Of a stretch of 64,000 bases of DNA, positions 29,321 through 44,203 are shown in pieces. The notes beneath the pieces were generated by a model. The model was given only the letters and a program-made list of their open reading frames with translations. It had not been told where the DNA came from and searched no databases. The DNA comes from the human T2T-CHM13v2.0 reference genome, Homo sapiens. Position 1 is the first letter of the stretch; the number at the start of each line of letters is the position of its first letter. The DNA lies in NCBI RefSeq assembly GCF_009914755.1, contig NC_060936.1; one strand, 5' to 3'. The translations under genes were made by a program, and so were the position numbers.

Positions 29321-30242
29321 AAAATTAAAAAATCTAGAGTGGCTAACCTAGATGGAAGTTTGCCTGTGGACACACGAAAGGGGGCTGGCCACTCCATGGT
29401 TTTAGGCAGGTTTCTCTAAGGGGACAAGGTTTGAGAAAAGCTCTCAACAAAGAGAAGGATGGGGGTTGGCAGATGTGGAAAAAGAGCTTCCTCTTGCCTG
29501 TTCCTGGCACCTCGGCCCCAACCCAGATGTAGAGAGCTTGACTTCAGAGACTGCTGCCAACCAGGCAGGAATGGGGCCAGGGGTGACAGCTGGCTTGGGA
29601 AAGGTGGAGGCTGCCCAAACTTTAGGAAAACTCTTTATCTTGGCAATGGCAGGTCTTCCCATTCATCATGGAAAGGTAAATATAGGAAGCCATGAGATAA
29701 CCATCTGCTAATGAGGGTTTACTTTACTAAGGCAGTTCTTACTTACAGATCAATCCCTGGCAAGTAGTTGGTATTTCCCATTGTTAGGGAAAATAGATTT
29801 GTCCTCCAAGATACTCTCAATACTTCAAATCTGACACTAAATAAAAGAACAAACAGTGTTTTCTATGCTCACACTCAGCACAGAACACTTCTGTGACCAG
29901 ATGTGTGGCCTGTTCCCATGCCAGACAATTCTCCAATTCCCACGCCAGACAATTGTAGGACAACTGGGTGTCCTACAATTTAATTCAATTCAGACACTAT
30001 GTACCTGGAAGTAGCGTCAGATCCCACAGGTTCAGGGCTCAGTACCACAAGACTTCTCCCCACCTCTCCCCCACACTTCAGACACCAATCATGAGCCCAA
30101 GTTGTCACTGGTGCCTCTGACTGATTGGCTGTAAATCAGAGCTTCCCAGAACCCATCTCAGGTTCCATCGTTTCCTAGAATGGCTCACAGAACTCAGAAA
30201 AACATTTTGCTTACTAGACTACCAGTTTATTACAAAGGGTAC

Positions 30243-31084
30243 TGATAGGGACAGGAGGCAGAGAAATTCTAGGCAGAAAAGGGCAGGGTCCCTGGTGAAG
30301 CCCCACCTTCAAGCATGGAACCATAACCTAAAGTGAAAACATGCATTCCTGCTTTCCCGCTCAAATGTTGCCTTTTCCAAAACCACACACGGCCCTCTCC
30401 ACCCCCCATCCTGTACCCATAAAAACCCCTAACCCAACTGGTGGAGGGCAGAGAAGGGGAGAAGAGAAGAAGCAGATGGACGTCAGAGACTGCGGTTGCA
30501 CATCAGAGAGAAGCAGCTTGACTTTAGAGGGACAGCTTGACGGTGTTGCTTCAGAGAGGAGTCCAGCTGGGTATGGCTGTACTCCAGGGGAAGATCACCT
30601 TCCTGCTCCATCCCCCTTCCAGCTTCCCTTCCCACTGAGAACCACTTTCATTGGCAATAAAATCCTCCACATTCACCACCCTTCAATTCGTTCATGCAAC
30701 CTGAGTTTTCCTGGACACCAAACAAGAGCTTGGGTGCCACAAGTGCAGACACTAAAGGCTGTTATGCTGATCCTCTGCCCTCATGAATAGGTAGAGGGCC
30801 CACTGAACTGTTTAACACTTAAGGCATCTGTGGACAGCAATGCTAAAAGACCACTGTAACACACGCCCTCTGGGGCTTCATGGGTCACAGGGACCACACC
30901 CCCTCTCCGCCCAGATGCTGTCACAGGGCCTCACAGAGTTTTGCTCCTGCTGGCGCCCAAAAACGCTTACTCCAGCTCCTGCACCCGCTCACCTGCATGC
31001 TCCCCCTCCCTCAAGGGGTTAAGAGCTGCAGGCTGAGTAAGGGAAGCACCCCATCACAAGGGTCAAGGGAAATTTCTTGTCTCA
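30243..31084 (+). mobile_element. LTR1/LTR27/LTR28-group solo LTR nested in MER21
   Basis: TGATAGGGACAGGAGGCAG...GTCTCA; perfect 4-bp TSD GTAC; AATAAA at about 30656. Confidence 0.85.
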
Positions 31085-31529
31085 GTACAACTCAGAAACA
31101 GCCAGATGGAACAGATATGTTGCCCTTGCATATGGGAAGATACTGGACACAGGGTGCAGAGCTTCCTTGCCCTCTCCAGGTATGCCACCCACCAGGCACC
31201 TCCGCAAGGTCAGCAACCCAGAAACTCTCTGAGCCCATCCTTCTGAGTTTTTAAGGAAGCTTCATTACTGCATAGGCATGATCGATTACATCACTTGCCA
31301 TCAGTGATCAACCCCCTCAGCCTTCAGCCCCTCTCCCCTTACCTGGAGGTAAGAGTTGAGTGGTGGGGCTGAAAGTCCCAACCCTCTAATCACATGATTG
31401 TTTCCCCTGGCAACCAGCCACCCTACCTCCACCCCACCCTGCTTGTCCAGAGGCCATCCAGAAGCCCCCAGCCTTCAGTCATCTCATTAACATACAAAAA
31501 GACACTTATCACTAAGGAAATTCCAGGAT

Positions 31530-31833
<304 letters not shown>

Positions 31834-32936
31834 AATTCCAGGGGTTTTAAGAGCTGTCTGCCAGGAAATGGAGGCAGTGACCAAATATATTTTTGTTACT
31901 ATATCACACCATGTACATTTTTAAAGGCCTGAGTGTCATTTCTAAAGAAAGGAGGGGGTAGTAGGGGCTGTCAGAAGTGGGTGCAACATTCTAAACACAG
32001 TTGCCCTCACTGGCATTATAAATCATTGCTGTTCATTTTTAAATAACTGTGCACAAGAAAAAAAAAACAGCTTTAGAAACCTTTACAAATTTAGGTAAAC
32101 TTGTCTGGAGTTTTTGGTTGTTTCGTTTGTGAAAAGCTGTTTTCACAATCCCAAGCATTGATAAATGAAAGCTACAGCATGCCTGCATAACCCAGGAAGG
32201 CTCTGGACAGATGACCTAGCTGAGAATGAGCCAGCACTTGTATCCACAGTTTCTACCTTCTAAAGATAGAAATAACTGGGCACGGGGCAGGGAAGGGTGT
32301 CCCACAGGGACATTTTGACCAATGCTAAAGAAATAAAGAGGACAGGAGCCCCCACCACAAGTTCAGCCAGATTCAGCCACATGAGAATGGTAAGTGGGAC
32401 TTCAGGGGAGCCAGAGCCAACAAGAGAGAAGTCCTCGGTCATGAGGGCATGAAATCAGAGGGACACCCTAGGGTGGCCTATTGGCCAGCTTTCAGTGTCC
32501 CATGGAAAAAGCATGGGTTGTTCCAAGCCACTGAGCAGCTGCCCTAGGGAGCATTCAGATACTTGCCCAATAGTCCATAGGGTGACCCACATTTTTGTTG
32601 CTGTTGTTGTTCTTTCAAGAGGATTGAGCAAGGCAGTCGACTGACAACTTGAAACCCAGCCCAGCTCACTGGCCTCATGGGGGTAGACCAGCCTGCTTTG
32701 TGTAGTACATCCAACTCTAAACTAGATTTCCTTGCTTCCTACTGGGCCAGTCCAATGTGATGCCCATGTCTTACAGTCTTCCAATAGTTTTAAAAAAAAG
32801 AAAATGGAAACGAAGGAAGGAAGGAGGGAAGGAAGGAGAGAAAGAAAGGATGGACAGACAAGCTGGATTTCTGCACCTAAGTATTCCAGTTAGGAGACAG
32901 GCCAAAGGCTGGGCTTACTTTACCCTCAAGACAATC

Positions 32937-33935
<999 letters not shown>

Positions 33936-34304
33936 AATCCTATGAAGGAAATACTATTCCTTTTGTCTACAGATAAGAACATCAAGGCACAGAGTGCTTA
34001 AGTAATCTGCCTCAACCTGTCAATATTTTTTTAAAAGTCTATGTGGCTCTAGAATCCAGATGTTTAAACACTATCCTGTCCTCCCTCTCAATTAGATGAT
34101 TAAAGTGGTTTGACAGTACCTGCTTTATAGAAAGAGTTCAATAAATATTGCCTACAATTATTATTCTCCTTTTATACATGGACCTTCATATTTTAGTTAA
34201 AATTATCAGCTAAGATTATCAGTTAATTAAAACATTTAAAATAATAATATAATAATTTGTCAAGTCATATTTCCTAGGAATTTCTACTAGGTTTAGGAAG
34301 TATC

Positions 34305-35149
34305 TCTGGTAGCCAGCCTCCAAGATGGCCGCCAACAATCCCTGCCTCCTGGTATTCACACCCTTGTATGGTCCTCTCCCATATGGTATCAGGGTTGATC
34401 TGTACAATCAATGGAATGCCACTTCTGAGACTAAGTTATAAGAAATTGTGACTTTTGCCTTTCTCACTTTCACAATAAGATCCCTAACTCAGGTGGGATA
34501 AGTTAGCTGCCATGTTGTGAGTAGCTCTATGGAAAGGCCCCTATAGTGAAGAACTGAGGCCACCTACCAACAGCCATGTGAACGGGCCATCTTGAAAGTG
34601 GATCCTTCCCCAGTCAAGCCTTCAGATGGGCACAACCCAGGAGAGACCCTGAGCTAGAACTACTCATGTATTAGTCCATTTTCATACTGCTATGAAGAAA
34701 TACCTGAGACTGGGTAATGTATAAGGCAAAAAAAGTTTAACGAACTCACAGTTCCACATGGCTGGGAAGGCCTCACAATCATGGTGGAAGGCAAAGGAGG
34801 AGCAAAGGCACATCTTACATGGTGGCAGGCAAGAGAGCGTGTGTAGGGGAATTGCCATTTATAAAACCATCAGATCTAGTGAGACTTATTCTCTATCATA
34901 AGAACAGCATGGGAAAACCTGCCTCCATGATTTAATTACCTCCCACCAGGTCCTTCCTACAACATGTGGGGATTATGGGAGCTACAGTTCAAGATGAGAT
35001 TTGGATGGGGACACAGACAAATCATATCAACCTAGCTAAGCCACCTCCAGACTTTCGAGCCCTTAAAAACAATATGAGATAACAAATGTGTATTGTTCAA
35101 ATCCACTAAGTTTGGGGTCACTGTTATGCAGTGATACATAACTAATACA
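34305..35149 (+). mobile_element. MLT1F-like solo LTR interrupted by THE1
   Basis: GGTAGCCAGCCTCCAAGATGGCC...CCACTAAGTTTGGGG...AACTAATACA. Confidence 0.85.
34667..35029 (-). mobile_element. THE1C-like solo LTR
   Basis: TGTATTAGTCCATTTTCATACTGCT...CATATCA; TSD ACTCA/ACCTA. Confidence 0.9.
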
Positions 35150-35365
35150 TCATCTCTTCTAGAAGCCTTCAACTGACCCCCAGCATTCTGTGCCATATCA
35201 TAGCACCTACTATATTCTGACTTACATCTTTTCCCTTCATTCTCCCATTCTAGATAATGAGATCAAGGACAGGGACTAGCTCATACTGATTTTTGAATTC
35301 CCAGGATCTAGCATAATGCTGCAATTGGTGTGGACTTCAATAAATGTATATTATTGAGCTGAACT
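35150..35365 (+). mobile_element. L2 3' end
   Basis: GAGATCAAGGACAGGGAC...CTAGCATAATGC...TTCAATAAATG. Confidence 0.65.
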
Positions 35366-35989
35366 ATCTTCACTTACTGTACATCCTTTGTCCTTAAAAT
35401 ATAGTTTGCATTTCAGATTTCTCATGAATTCAGGTAGTTCCTGCCATCTAAACAATTAGGCCTGGTTTCACTCAACTAGTATTTGATTATTAAAGTCAAT
35501 ATTAAAATTGTACTATCCAAGATCTTAGACACATCTTTTTTATTTTTGCAATAGAATCATATCAACTTGTAACAGAAGAGGTTTGATAGTACGTAAGGTA
35601 GCAACATTCCTCTGTTTTCAAAGTAATTGTGCCATTAGCCCAGAATTTTTCTTTTTTCCAAATAGGATTAAATAACCTGGAGATAAAAGTAGTTCTCCAA
35701 AGGAAAAGGTAAAATAATTTCACAGAAAATATTTCCTGAGTTGGTCATATGACATCAGAGATTGGGATTAAAGATTTTATTTTTTTAACTCATTTAATTC
35801 ATGGAATATAAATTTATTGTTATCAAAGATATCAGTTCAATTTTATTATTGAACCTGTAATTCATTCTATACTTTGATCCTGTGAAGACCAAATTCATCA
35901 TTTTCTTCAAAAATGTCATATAAAACTTGAGTGATCAGTGACATTCTTTATTTTGTTTTTGTAAAATAAGGAAGACATTAAAGCCATAT

Positions 35990-36310
35990 GAACTTCCTCA
36001 GTAAATGGAAAGCAGTCCACATCAATGCATTCCTCATCATGGTCATTACCAAGGGATTCACTACTTCTAGGAGGCTCTATCCTCAGCAAACAAACAATGG
36101 CCCACTTCATCATTTCCAAGTTGAAGTTCCTTGCCCCAAAATATACTACAATCCAACAAAGGAATGGACATCATTCTTGCTGATATGTCCCCAGATGACA
36201 GCATTCTTAAGAGAAGTTTCACAGCTCTGGATAATGTGAGTTTATCTGCAAGCATTGACACAATACACATTCAAGGGAAGTGGTGGTGGTCTTGGCATTG
36301 ACACACAGTG
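35990..36310 (+). mobile_element. Possible ancient RTE-clade LINE fragment (L4/MamRTE1-like)
   Basis: Translations RRLYPQQ..LHHFQ..KIY..W and SIDTIHIQGKWWWSWH resemble the RTE post-RT motifs WTxYxRH..LxxFH..KIL..W and SIxxxLxQxQLRWAGH. Confidence 0.4.
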
Positions 36311-36699
36311 GAAACTCAACAGTGACGTAGACTACAGTCAACACACATGTAACATCCTCAGGTTATATCCCACTTCAGTCTAGCCTGGCAGAAACAACTA
36401 AAATAAAATACATAAGCATGCAACATCCATATAATAAGTTCAGGAATTAAGGATGAGAATGAAAACCATCTATCCCATATACACAGCTTGGGAACTAAGG
36501 ACTTGACCTATCTCTCTAACTCTCTCCCTCTCAACACACACACACACTCACACACTCACTCACACACATACATACACTTTCTTTCCTACATTAACGTAAG
36601 TTTACTACTCCACTGTCTTCATTAGCATAACTTTACTATTCCAGGAGATTCTAGCCTAAGCAAATAATTTGATTATTCATTACAGAAACTTCCCAAAAA

Positions 36700-37080
36700 G
36701 ATCCTTCACTCTTCAACAGGAAGTACCAGCAGACGGTTAACACCCTAAGGATCTTCAAATCCCTCAACTCAAAATCCTTTCCTTGCTGTTTCCAATTCTA
36801 CACTGTTGTGTTATTATCCTTATTCAATCTTCATCAAGCTCCCTTACCGAAAGATCACCTTAAACCAAACTCCCAATAAAACATATTTTTTAATTCACCA
36901 CTGATCGGAAGGCATAAAATAATTTTTTAAATAATAAAATACAACCTTGCTTTTTTCCCCTCAGAGATATTACCAAAGCTCTGCCTAGGAGGTGATCTTC
37001 CCTACCACAATAAACAATACAGATAGCTTTGACTTATCAGCAGGTTGTGCTGGTGATATTTGGAGAGCCAGCATTTGACA
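36700..37080 (+). mobile_element. Old ERV1-type LTR 3' part (MER110/MER90-like)
   Basis: AATAAAC...CAGGTTGTGCTGGTGATATTTGGAGAGCCAGCATTTGACA terminus. Confidence 0.5.
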
Positions 37081-38069
37081 AGTACTTAGTATGGATCGAG
37101 CAATAAGCTAAAACATTTGGAAACTGATATATGGCTTAATCTAAGCTAAAACTAAAGCATCTGGAAACTTAATCTATTTCCCCCTAGAGGTCAGAGGCCC
37201 TCACTGTTTAAACAATTCCACATCTGGACATTTAAATTTCTGCCTGGTCCAGCATTTGCTACCGTATGTTAAGAGGAATTATTTGTCTAAATGAAAAAAC
37301 GTTTCCATGGTCAAACAATTTGAAGACTGATGAGTTAAGAATAAAAAGCATCATTTCTTCACTGTGGGACTTCTCAGGGCCTTTAGGGTATACTACTGGG
37401 TATCAAAAATATCCAAGAGGGAGTTATTAATATATAGCCTACGCAAAATGTATATAGATGCTTTGTCCTACAGTAACTCCCTAGATTCTCACTGGATACA
37501 ACAGGGATGATGGACAGTTTTATCTAACCTTCCATCCTGCCGTTTATTCACAGGCCATTTCCAGAGAACATGGTCAGAAAGGAAGATAAATGACCACAGC
37601 TGTCTTAGCCCTCAGCAATCAGCTCCGTGGTAATTTTAGGGCTGCCTTGATCTGTGGGCAGGGGAAAATGAAGGAAATGAATTAGCCTGAGTCCTGCCAG
37701 CCTTTAAATGAGGATGCCTGTGTGCCCTGAGCTATGCTTAGCTAATTCCAGCCCTTCTCCCCAAAGGGAATGCTGGTCTTTCAATATACTGCCAGGAGTT
37801 CCTTAAACCTTTCCCACATCTGTGAGCACCAGGCAGAAGTTGTCCAAATGGTCCAAGTTGCTGATCTTTGCTCAAAGGAAGGCCCTGCTGGCATGGACCC
37901 CTCAGTTTACAAAGAGGTGGCATCTGACATACTCTGCCCCACTAACAGCTAAAATCCTCATGCTGTTATCTTTCTTGACTGTACCCTTCTGCTAAGATCT
38001 CCACTTAAAGGACATTGTTTTGGTCAGCACTCTGACTTGCTTGTTTTGGGTAAAGGAGAGGAAATTGAC

Positions 38070-38530
38070 ATTTACTAGACACTTTCTATGCGTCTGATGT
38101 CACATAAGACACTTTACATGCTTTATTCCATGTAATTCTAACAAGTGCAAAAAAATCATAATAGCAAATGTTTATCTAGTGTTTCCCATGTACCATGCAC
38201 TGTTGTAAATGCTTTACATAGTCTCACTCTCTCAAGGCTCAAGGCAACTCTACGTGGTAGATGCTGCTATTACCCCCACTCTATAAATGAGCAAATAGAA
38301 GGATAAAGAGGTGAAAATAATTTGTGTAAGGTCACATAGACAGTAGCAGAGCCAGATCGGAACACAGTCACAGTCCATGCATCTAACCACACTACCATTG
38401 TCTGCCATTATCTGTCCTGTCAGATGAGAAAACCAAAGCTCAAAGAAGCAGCTCTCTCAAAGGCACACCGGAAGTGGAAGAACTGGTACCAGAACCCATG
38501 TCTGTCTACTCCCAAGTCCGTGTTTCTCCT
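38070..38530 (-). mobile_element. MIR fragments
   Basis: ATAGCAAATGTTTATCTAGTG...AAGGTCACA; CAGATGAGAAAACCAAAGCTCA. Confidence 0.7.
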
Positions 38531-38536
38531 CTAGAC

Positions 38537-38723
38537 CACAGGCTCTCAGAGCATAGTTCCCAGACCAGCAACATCTGTAACAACTGGGAAACTTGTTAGA
38601 AATGCAAATTCTTGGCCCCACTCCAGATCTACTAAATCTGAAAGTCTGGCATGGGGCCCAGTCATCTCTATTTTAACAGGACTCCAGGTGATTCCCATGC
38701 AGACTAAAGTTTGGGAGGCACTC
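38537..38723 (+). mobile_element. MER5A
   Basis: GGGAAACTTGTTAGAAATGCAAATTCTT; 8-bp TSD CTCTAGAC/CTCTACAC. Confidence 0.9.
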
Positions 38724-40039
38724 CTCTACACCATGCTGCCTTCTGTAGAGCACTGAATTTTGATTTTACCGGCAAGGACTAGAGATAGTGCTGTCTAGTG
38801 GTTAGAAGCTCTGGGAAGCTAAGAAACAACTTGGTCATGACCCAGCATATTTCACTGTCCTTGACAGTAGACAGGCCAGGGGTTGCTTTTTCCCCCCTTA
38901 GCAAATTCATGGAGCAGAAAAAGAACAGCTGCACTGTGGTCAAGAGGAAGACTGGATTCTGTCCTTGGCCATCCTTTACCCTGCTGATCACTTTTCAGAT
39001 CCAGAGATTCTCAGTGCCTTTCTGTTCAATGTTCTGCTGCTTTTGCCTGCCAGCTTTGTCAGCTCCTACCTGTGACCCTTCTTGTCTTTCAACCCCTCCC
39101 ACTTCAGGAGGAAGCACTTCTGTGGCAATATGGTCAGCTGATGAGCTGCCCTCCTGGTTCAGATATTGTGCAATGCAAAACATTTCTTAACAATTCCGGA
39201 AGCAAACTTTTTTTTTCTCCTTTATTGCTGTCAGGATCAGTTCAGTAGCTACACTAAAGCTTTCACCACTCACTGCTTCACTGAAAAGTTTAAGACCAGA
39301 GCGTTCTGCTGAATCAAGCTGTTGTTGAGAGGTTCAGTGTACGTATATAAAACAGAACAATAATTGATTTTTATAGAGGCTGAAAGAAAGTTAAGGAATC
39401 TTGGATGGCTCAGGGTGGGAGCTTGAAAGGCTTTTGACTCAGGATGAAGGATCACATGGTCCTCAATTTGTGCTTAATAGCTACAACATGGGGAAAGAGA
39501 GAGAGAGAGACACGGTATATAGGGGAAGAAGCTAAGTTAGCGCCAAGCTGAGTATTTTGCAGTCAGGGATCAAAAGGATACTACTTTTAAAAACCATATT
39601 TCTTCTTTAACAAACATTAATTCAAGCTCATTGAGTTTCTGTAGGTCATACGTTTCAATCCAGGATCAGCAACACAGAGTGTGTTATTTCACTTTCAATG
39701 CTGAGGGTGGGGACCTCCCCCTGCGAGAACATGCTGTATGTTGATTAAAGTTGCAAGGAGAGCTATGAAGGATCTGCCCAAATCTCCTTAATCTCTTTTT
39801 CTTCCTTCTTGATAGGTTTCTAGGGATCTGTTGGTTGAATTGTTCTGTGCTTGATATGGAATCTTGGTTTTTATTGGCCCACAGTAAAACTAATTACTAC
39901 TGGAAAGGGCACCAAATTAAGATTAGCAAGCCTGACTTGATTTATCAAAAAGGAATGTATGTATGTAATGGGTGAGTGTGTAGATGTTAGAATCAGGCAG
40001 AACACTCCTCAGTTTATGACCTCTCCAAAACCTGGTAGC

Positions 40040-40361
<322 letters not shown>

Positions 40362-41009
40362 TTAAGGATTAAGTGGGAAAATACAGGTAATTCCCAACCT
40401 GCACAGCTGGGGCATTCAATACTGTTAACTGTTATCAGTGAATTCGCACTCATCGGAGTCTAGTTGGTGCCCGCCCCTGTGCTGGCGAGGCCCTGCAGGA
40501 TCACAGAGGGACTCTCTGTTGGGGGCAGGCCTAGTTGCAGCTGCACTATTGTCAGCACACCTGCCCCCAACCTAGCCCTGTGACTTTCGAGAAGCTCTGT
40601 AAACCCCTAATCCTCCATACCTTCTCATCTGAAAAAACCCACATCCTCCTGGGGCTTACAGAGAGCAAGTGAATGAAATTGTCTGAAAATTTCAAATTGC
40701 TCTTCCAGGCTAATAAGAGAGTATCATAATTTGTTATATAAATAGAATATACACTTTTAAATTTCTCAATCTGATTTTAGTTGAACTTTTAGTGCTGTGG
40801 CATAATAGAAAGAATTCCTTAAATTGGGATTAGAAAACCTGAATGTAGGTCCTGGTTCTGAGATACTGCCATTTATTAGCTGTGCAACTCTGGGCTAGTC
40901 ACCTAACCACCCCGGACCTCAGTTTTCTTATCTAAAAACCTGGCTAAGATTATCTACCCCTTAGGCGGATTTTTTTTCTTTTCTCTCCACACTCTGCCTA
41001 CCCCACAGG

Positions 41010-41364
<355 letters not shown>

Positions 41365-41858
41365 TGAGATCCTGTAAAAAATAAACAAACAAACAAACAA
41401 CAACAACAACAAAAAACACCTCACAACTCTACAGGCAGGAATTACTCTTCCTGGCTTGCAAATGGGCTCAGGGACTTAATTATCCAGAAGTCACACAGTG
41501 AATAACCTGAGATTTCAAACCAATACCTGAGCCCACACATGTAATCACTATTATTATCACTGTTCTTTTATTGTGCGTGCCATTTTTGGAAGAACAATGA
41601 AGTCTATTTGGGTTGACGATCCCAAATCCTCCATCTTAAATCTTCTTATTAAACTGTGTGAAAAAGTTACCATGTAATCTAAATTATGATCTGTTTTCCT
41701 ACCTTCACTCCTCCAAAATAATTGCAATTATAAAACACTTGATGTAAATTAATCTCTGTTCCTCAAACTTGAGAGTTACATTAAAAAGTCTCAATTATAA
41801 ATGACAGATAGATGCTGTTCCTAGAGCGAAATCTATCTTGGTTTGTTCTAGGATTTTA

Positions 41859-42178
<320 letters not shown>

Positions 42179-43034
42179 GATGTAAAATATGCCACAGAGA
42201 GAGAGAGAGAGACAGAGAGAGAGAGTCTTTAAAGCTTCCCTCACCCCATCCCTGACAAAAGCAACAGAAAAAAATTTTCCCAGGACCCAAGCTCGAGATA
42301 TTCCTGATACCAGCCGCCTCCACAAGCAAGGCTGCTGTCAGTGGAACTGAGAAGCTGCCAAGAAGCTAGGCCATTTCTACTCCACATTTGGTCTGAGGCC
42401 AGAGTGTTGTCTTTCAGTTTTTAGACAAATCTCCCAGGGTGATGTAGACCCAGCAATAACCATATGTGACCATCACAGCCTGCAGGAAAGAGAAGAAAGG
42501 TAAAGACGGCTTTCATAAATGGCCCTGATCTTATCTGCAAAAGCTGGACAGCTCTTTTTCCAATACAGAAGCAGAAACAGTCGAGATTAAGCTTTGCTTA
42601 GGGAGGTAGGGAGTTCTAGTTCAATGGTCCAAATCATGCTAATCAACTTCTGCAAAGGACAGTGTCCTGGAGCTGTGGGCCTTGAACAGCAAGCTCGGGT
42701 CCACAGGTTTGGCCACAGTATGACTATGCCTGTGTTATTTAAAGTTTGTCCCAAGGAGTGTTATGATGTGCTTGGTATGGGCTTCACCCCCAGCAGGCAC
42801 AAGCATGTGCATGCCTCATTGGCACTGTGTCCGTATGGAGCATTGTGAAGGGACTATGTGGAAGGAACAGGAAAAAAGAGACTACTTAACATCCTTTGCT
42901 TTGTTCTGCCACGTTTTATATTTACAAGCTTCTGTGTAGAAGGATACTGATGTATGTTCTTGGCTTCCATAAGACAGTGGGGGTGACAGGAGTAAAAAGG
43001 AAGACGCCTAAAGACACTGAAGTTTCCTGGTCTA

Positions 43035-43430
43035 TTTGGTCAACAACTATTTAATAGGGGCCCACCATGAATCAGATAAGGTACACATGCTGCAGATACA
43101 AATGACCAAGAGCAAGCCTGACTGCTGCCCTTATGGAACTTGGTATCTAGTAGGGGAGTCAGCCAACAATCGAATAGTCACATAAATGTATGGAAAATGG
43201 AAGCTGTGGCAAGTGCTAAGAAGACATGGTCATGGTGCCGTGAGCACCATTAATGGAATCTGACCCAGTCCAAGAGGTCAGCAAGGGCTTCCCTGAGAAA
43301 GTGATGCTTCAACTGAGACCTTCAAGATGAGTAGGTGCTAAGTAGTGAAAGGAATGGGGATGGGAGGCAAAATCCTGGCCAAGTGAATAGCACATGCAAA
43401 GGCCCTGTTTTGGGAGAGAAACAGCTTGGT
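43035..43430 (-). mobile_element. L2 3' region
   Basis: GGGCTTCCCTGAGAAAGTGATG...AGCACATGCAAAGGCCCTG. Confidence 0.8.
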
Positions 43431-43583
43431 GGAAGGTAGGAGATCTGACCTAAGTGTTACCAGGAAGGCCCCCCAACCCCTAAACACCTCTGCCTCCTAA
43501 AATTCCACCATTATTAAGGAATGCTTTGGGTTAAGATTGTTTTTCTCTTGAAATATTCCCTTTTTTTTTTTTTTTTTTTTTTT

Positions 43584-44191
43584 GGGCAGGAGACCAGAGC
43601 TTATTATTACTCAAATCAGTCTTGCTGAACATTTGTGGATCAGAGTTTTTAAGGATAATTTGGTGGGTGGGGGAAGGCCAGTGAGTTGAGAGTGCTGATT
43701 GGTTGGGTCAGACATGAAATCGTAGGGAATTGAAGCTGTCTTCTTGGGCTGAGTCAGTCCCTGGGTGGGGGGCCACAAGATCAGGGGGCCACAAGATCAG
43801 ATGAGCCAGATTATTGATCTGGGTGGTGCCAGCTGATCCATCAGGTTCCGGGTCTGCAAAATATCTCAAGCACTGATCTTAGGAACAGTTTAGGGAGGGA
43901 CAGAATCTTGTAGCCTCCAACGCATAACTCCTAAACCATAATGTCTAATCTTGTGGCTAATTTGTTAGTCCTACAAAGGCAGTCTAGTCCCCAGGCAATA
44001 AGGTTTGTTTTGGGAAAGGATTGTTACTGTCTTTGTTTTAAACCATAAACTATAAAATAATTTCCTCCCAAAGTCAATTCAGCCTACACCCAGGAATGAA
44101 CAAGAACAGCCTGAAGGTTAGAAGCGAGATGTAGTCAGTTAGGTCAGATCTCTTCCACTGTCTCAGTTACAATTTTGCAATGGCAGTTTCA
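43584..44191 (-). mobile_element. 3' LTR8, U3-R only
   Basis: TGAAACTGCCATTGCAAAATTG start; collinear with the solo LTR8 at 32937-33935 but lacks U5; 16-bp tandem duplication GGGGGCCACAAGATCA at 43768-43799. Confidence 0.92.
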
Positions 44192-44203
44192 ATCCCTCCC
44201 TTT
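44192..44203 (-). promoter_or_regulatory. Polypurine tract
   Basis: AAAGGGAGGGAT immediately before the TG of the 3' LTR. Confidence 0.85.

Noticed and set aside
30341-31254. 149-aa and 124-aa ORFs
   Set aside because: Lie within LTR sequence; no gag, pol or env motifs.
40465-40492. Possible CTCF site
   Set aside because: Core spacing does not fit the CCASYAGRKGGC consensus.
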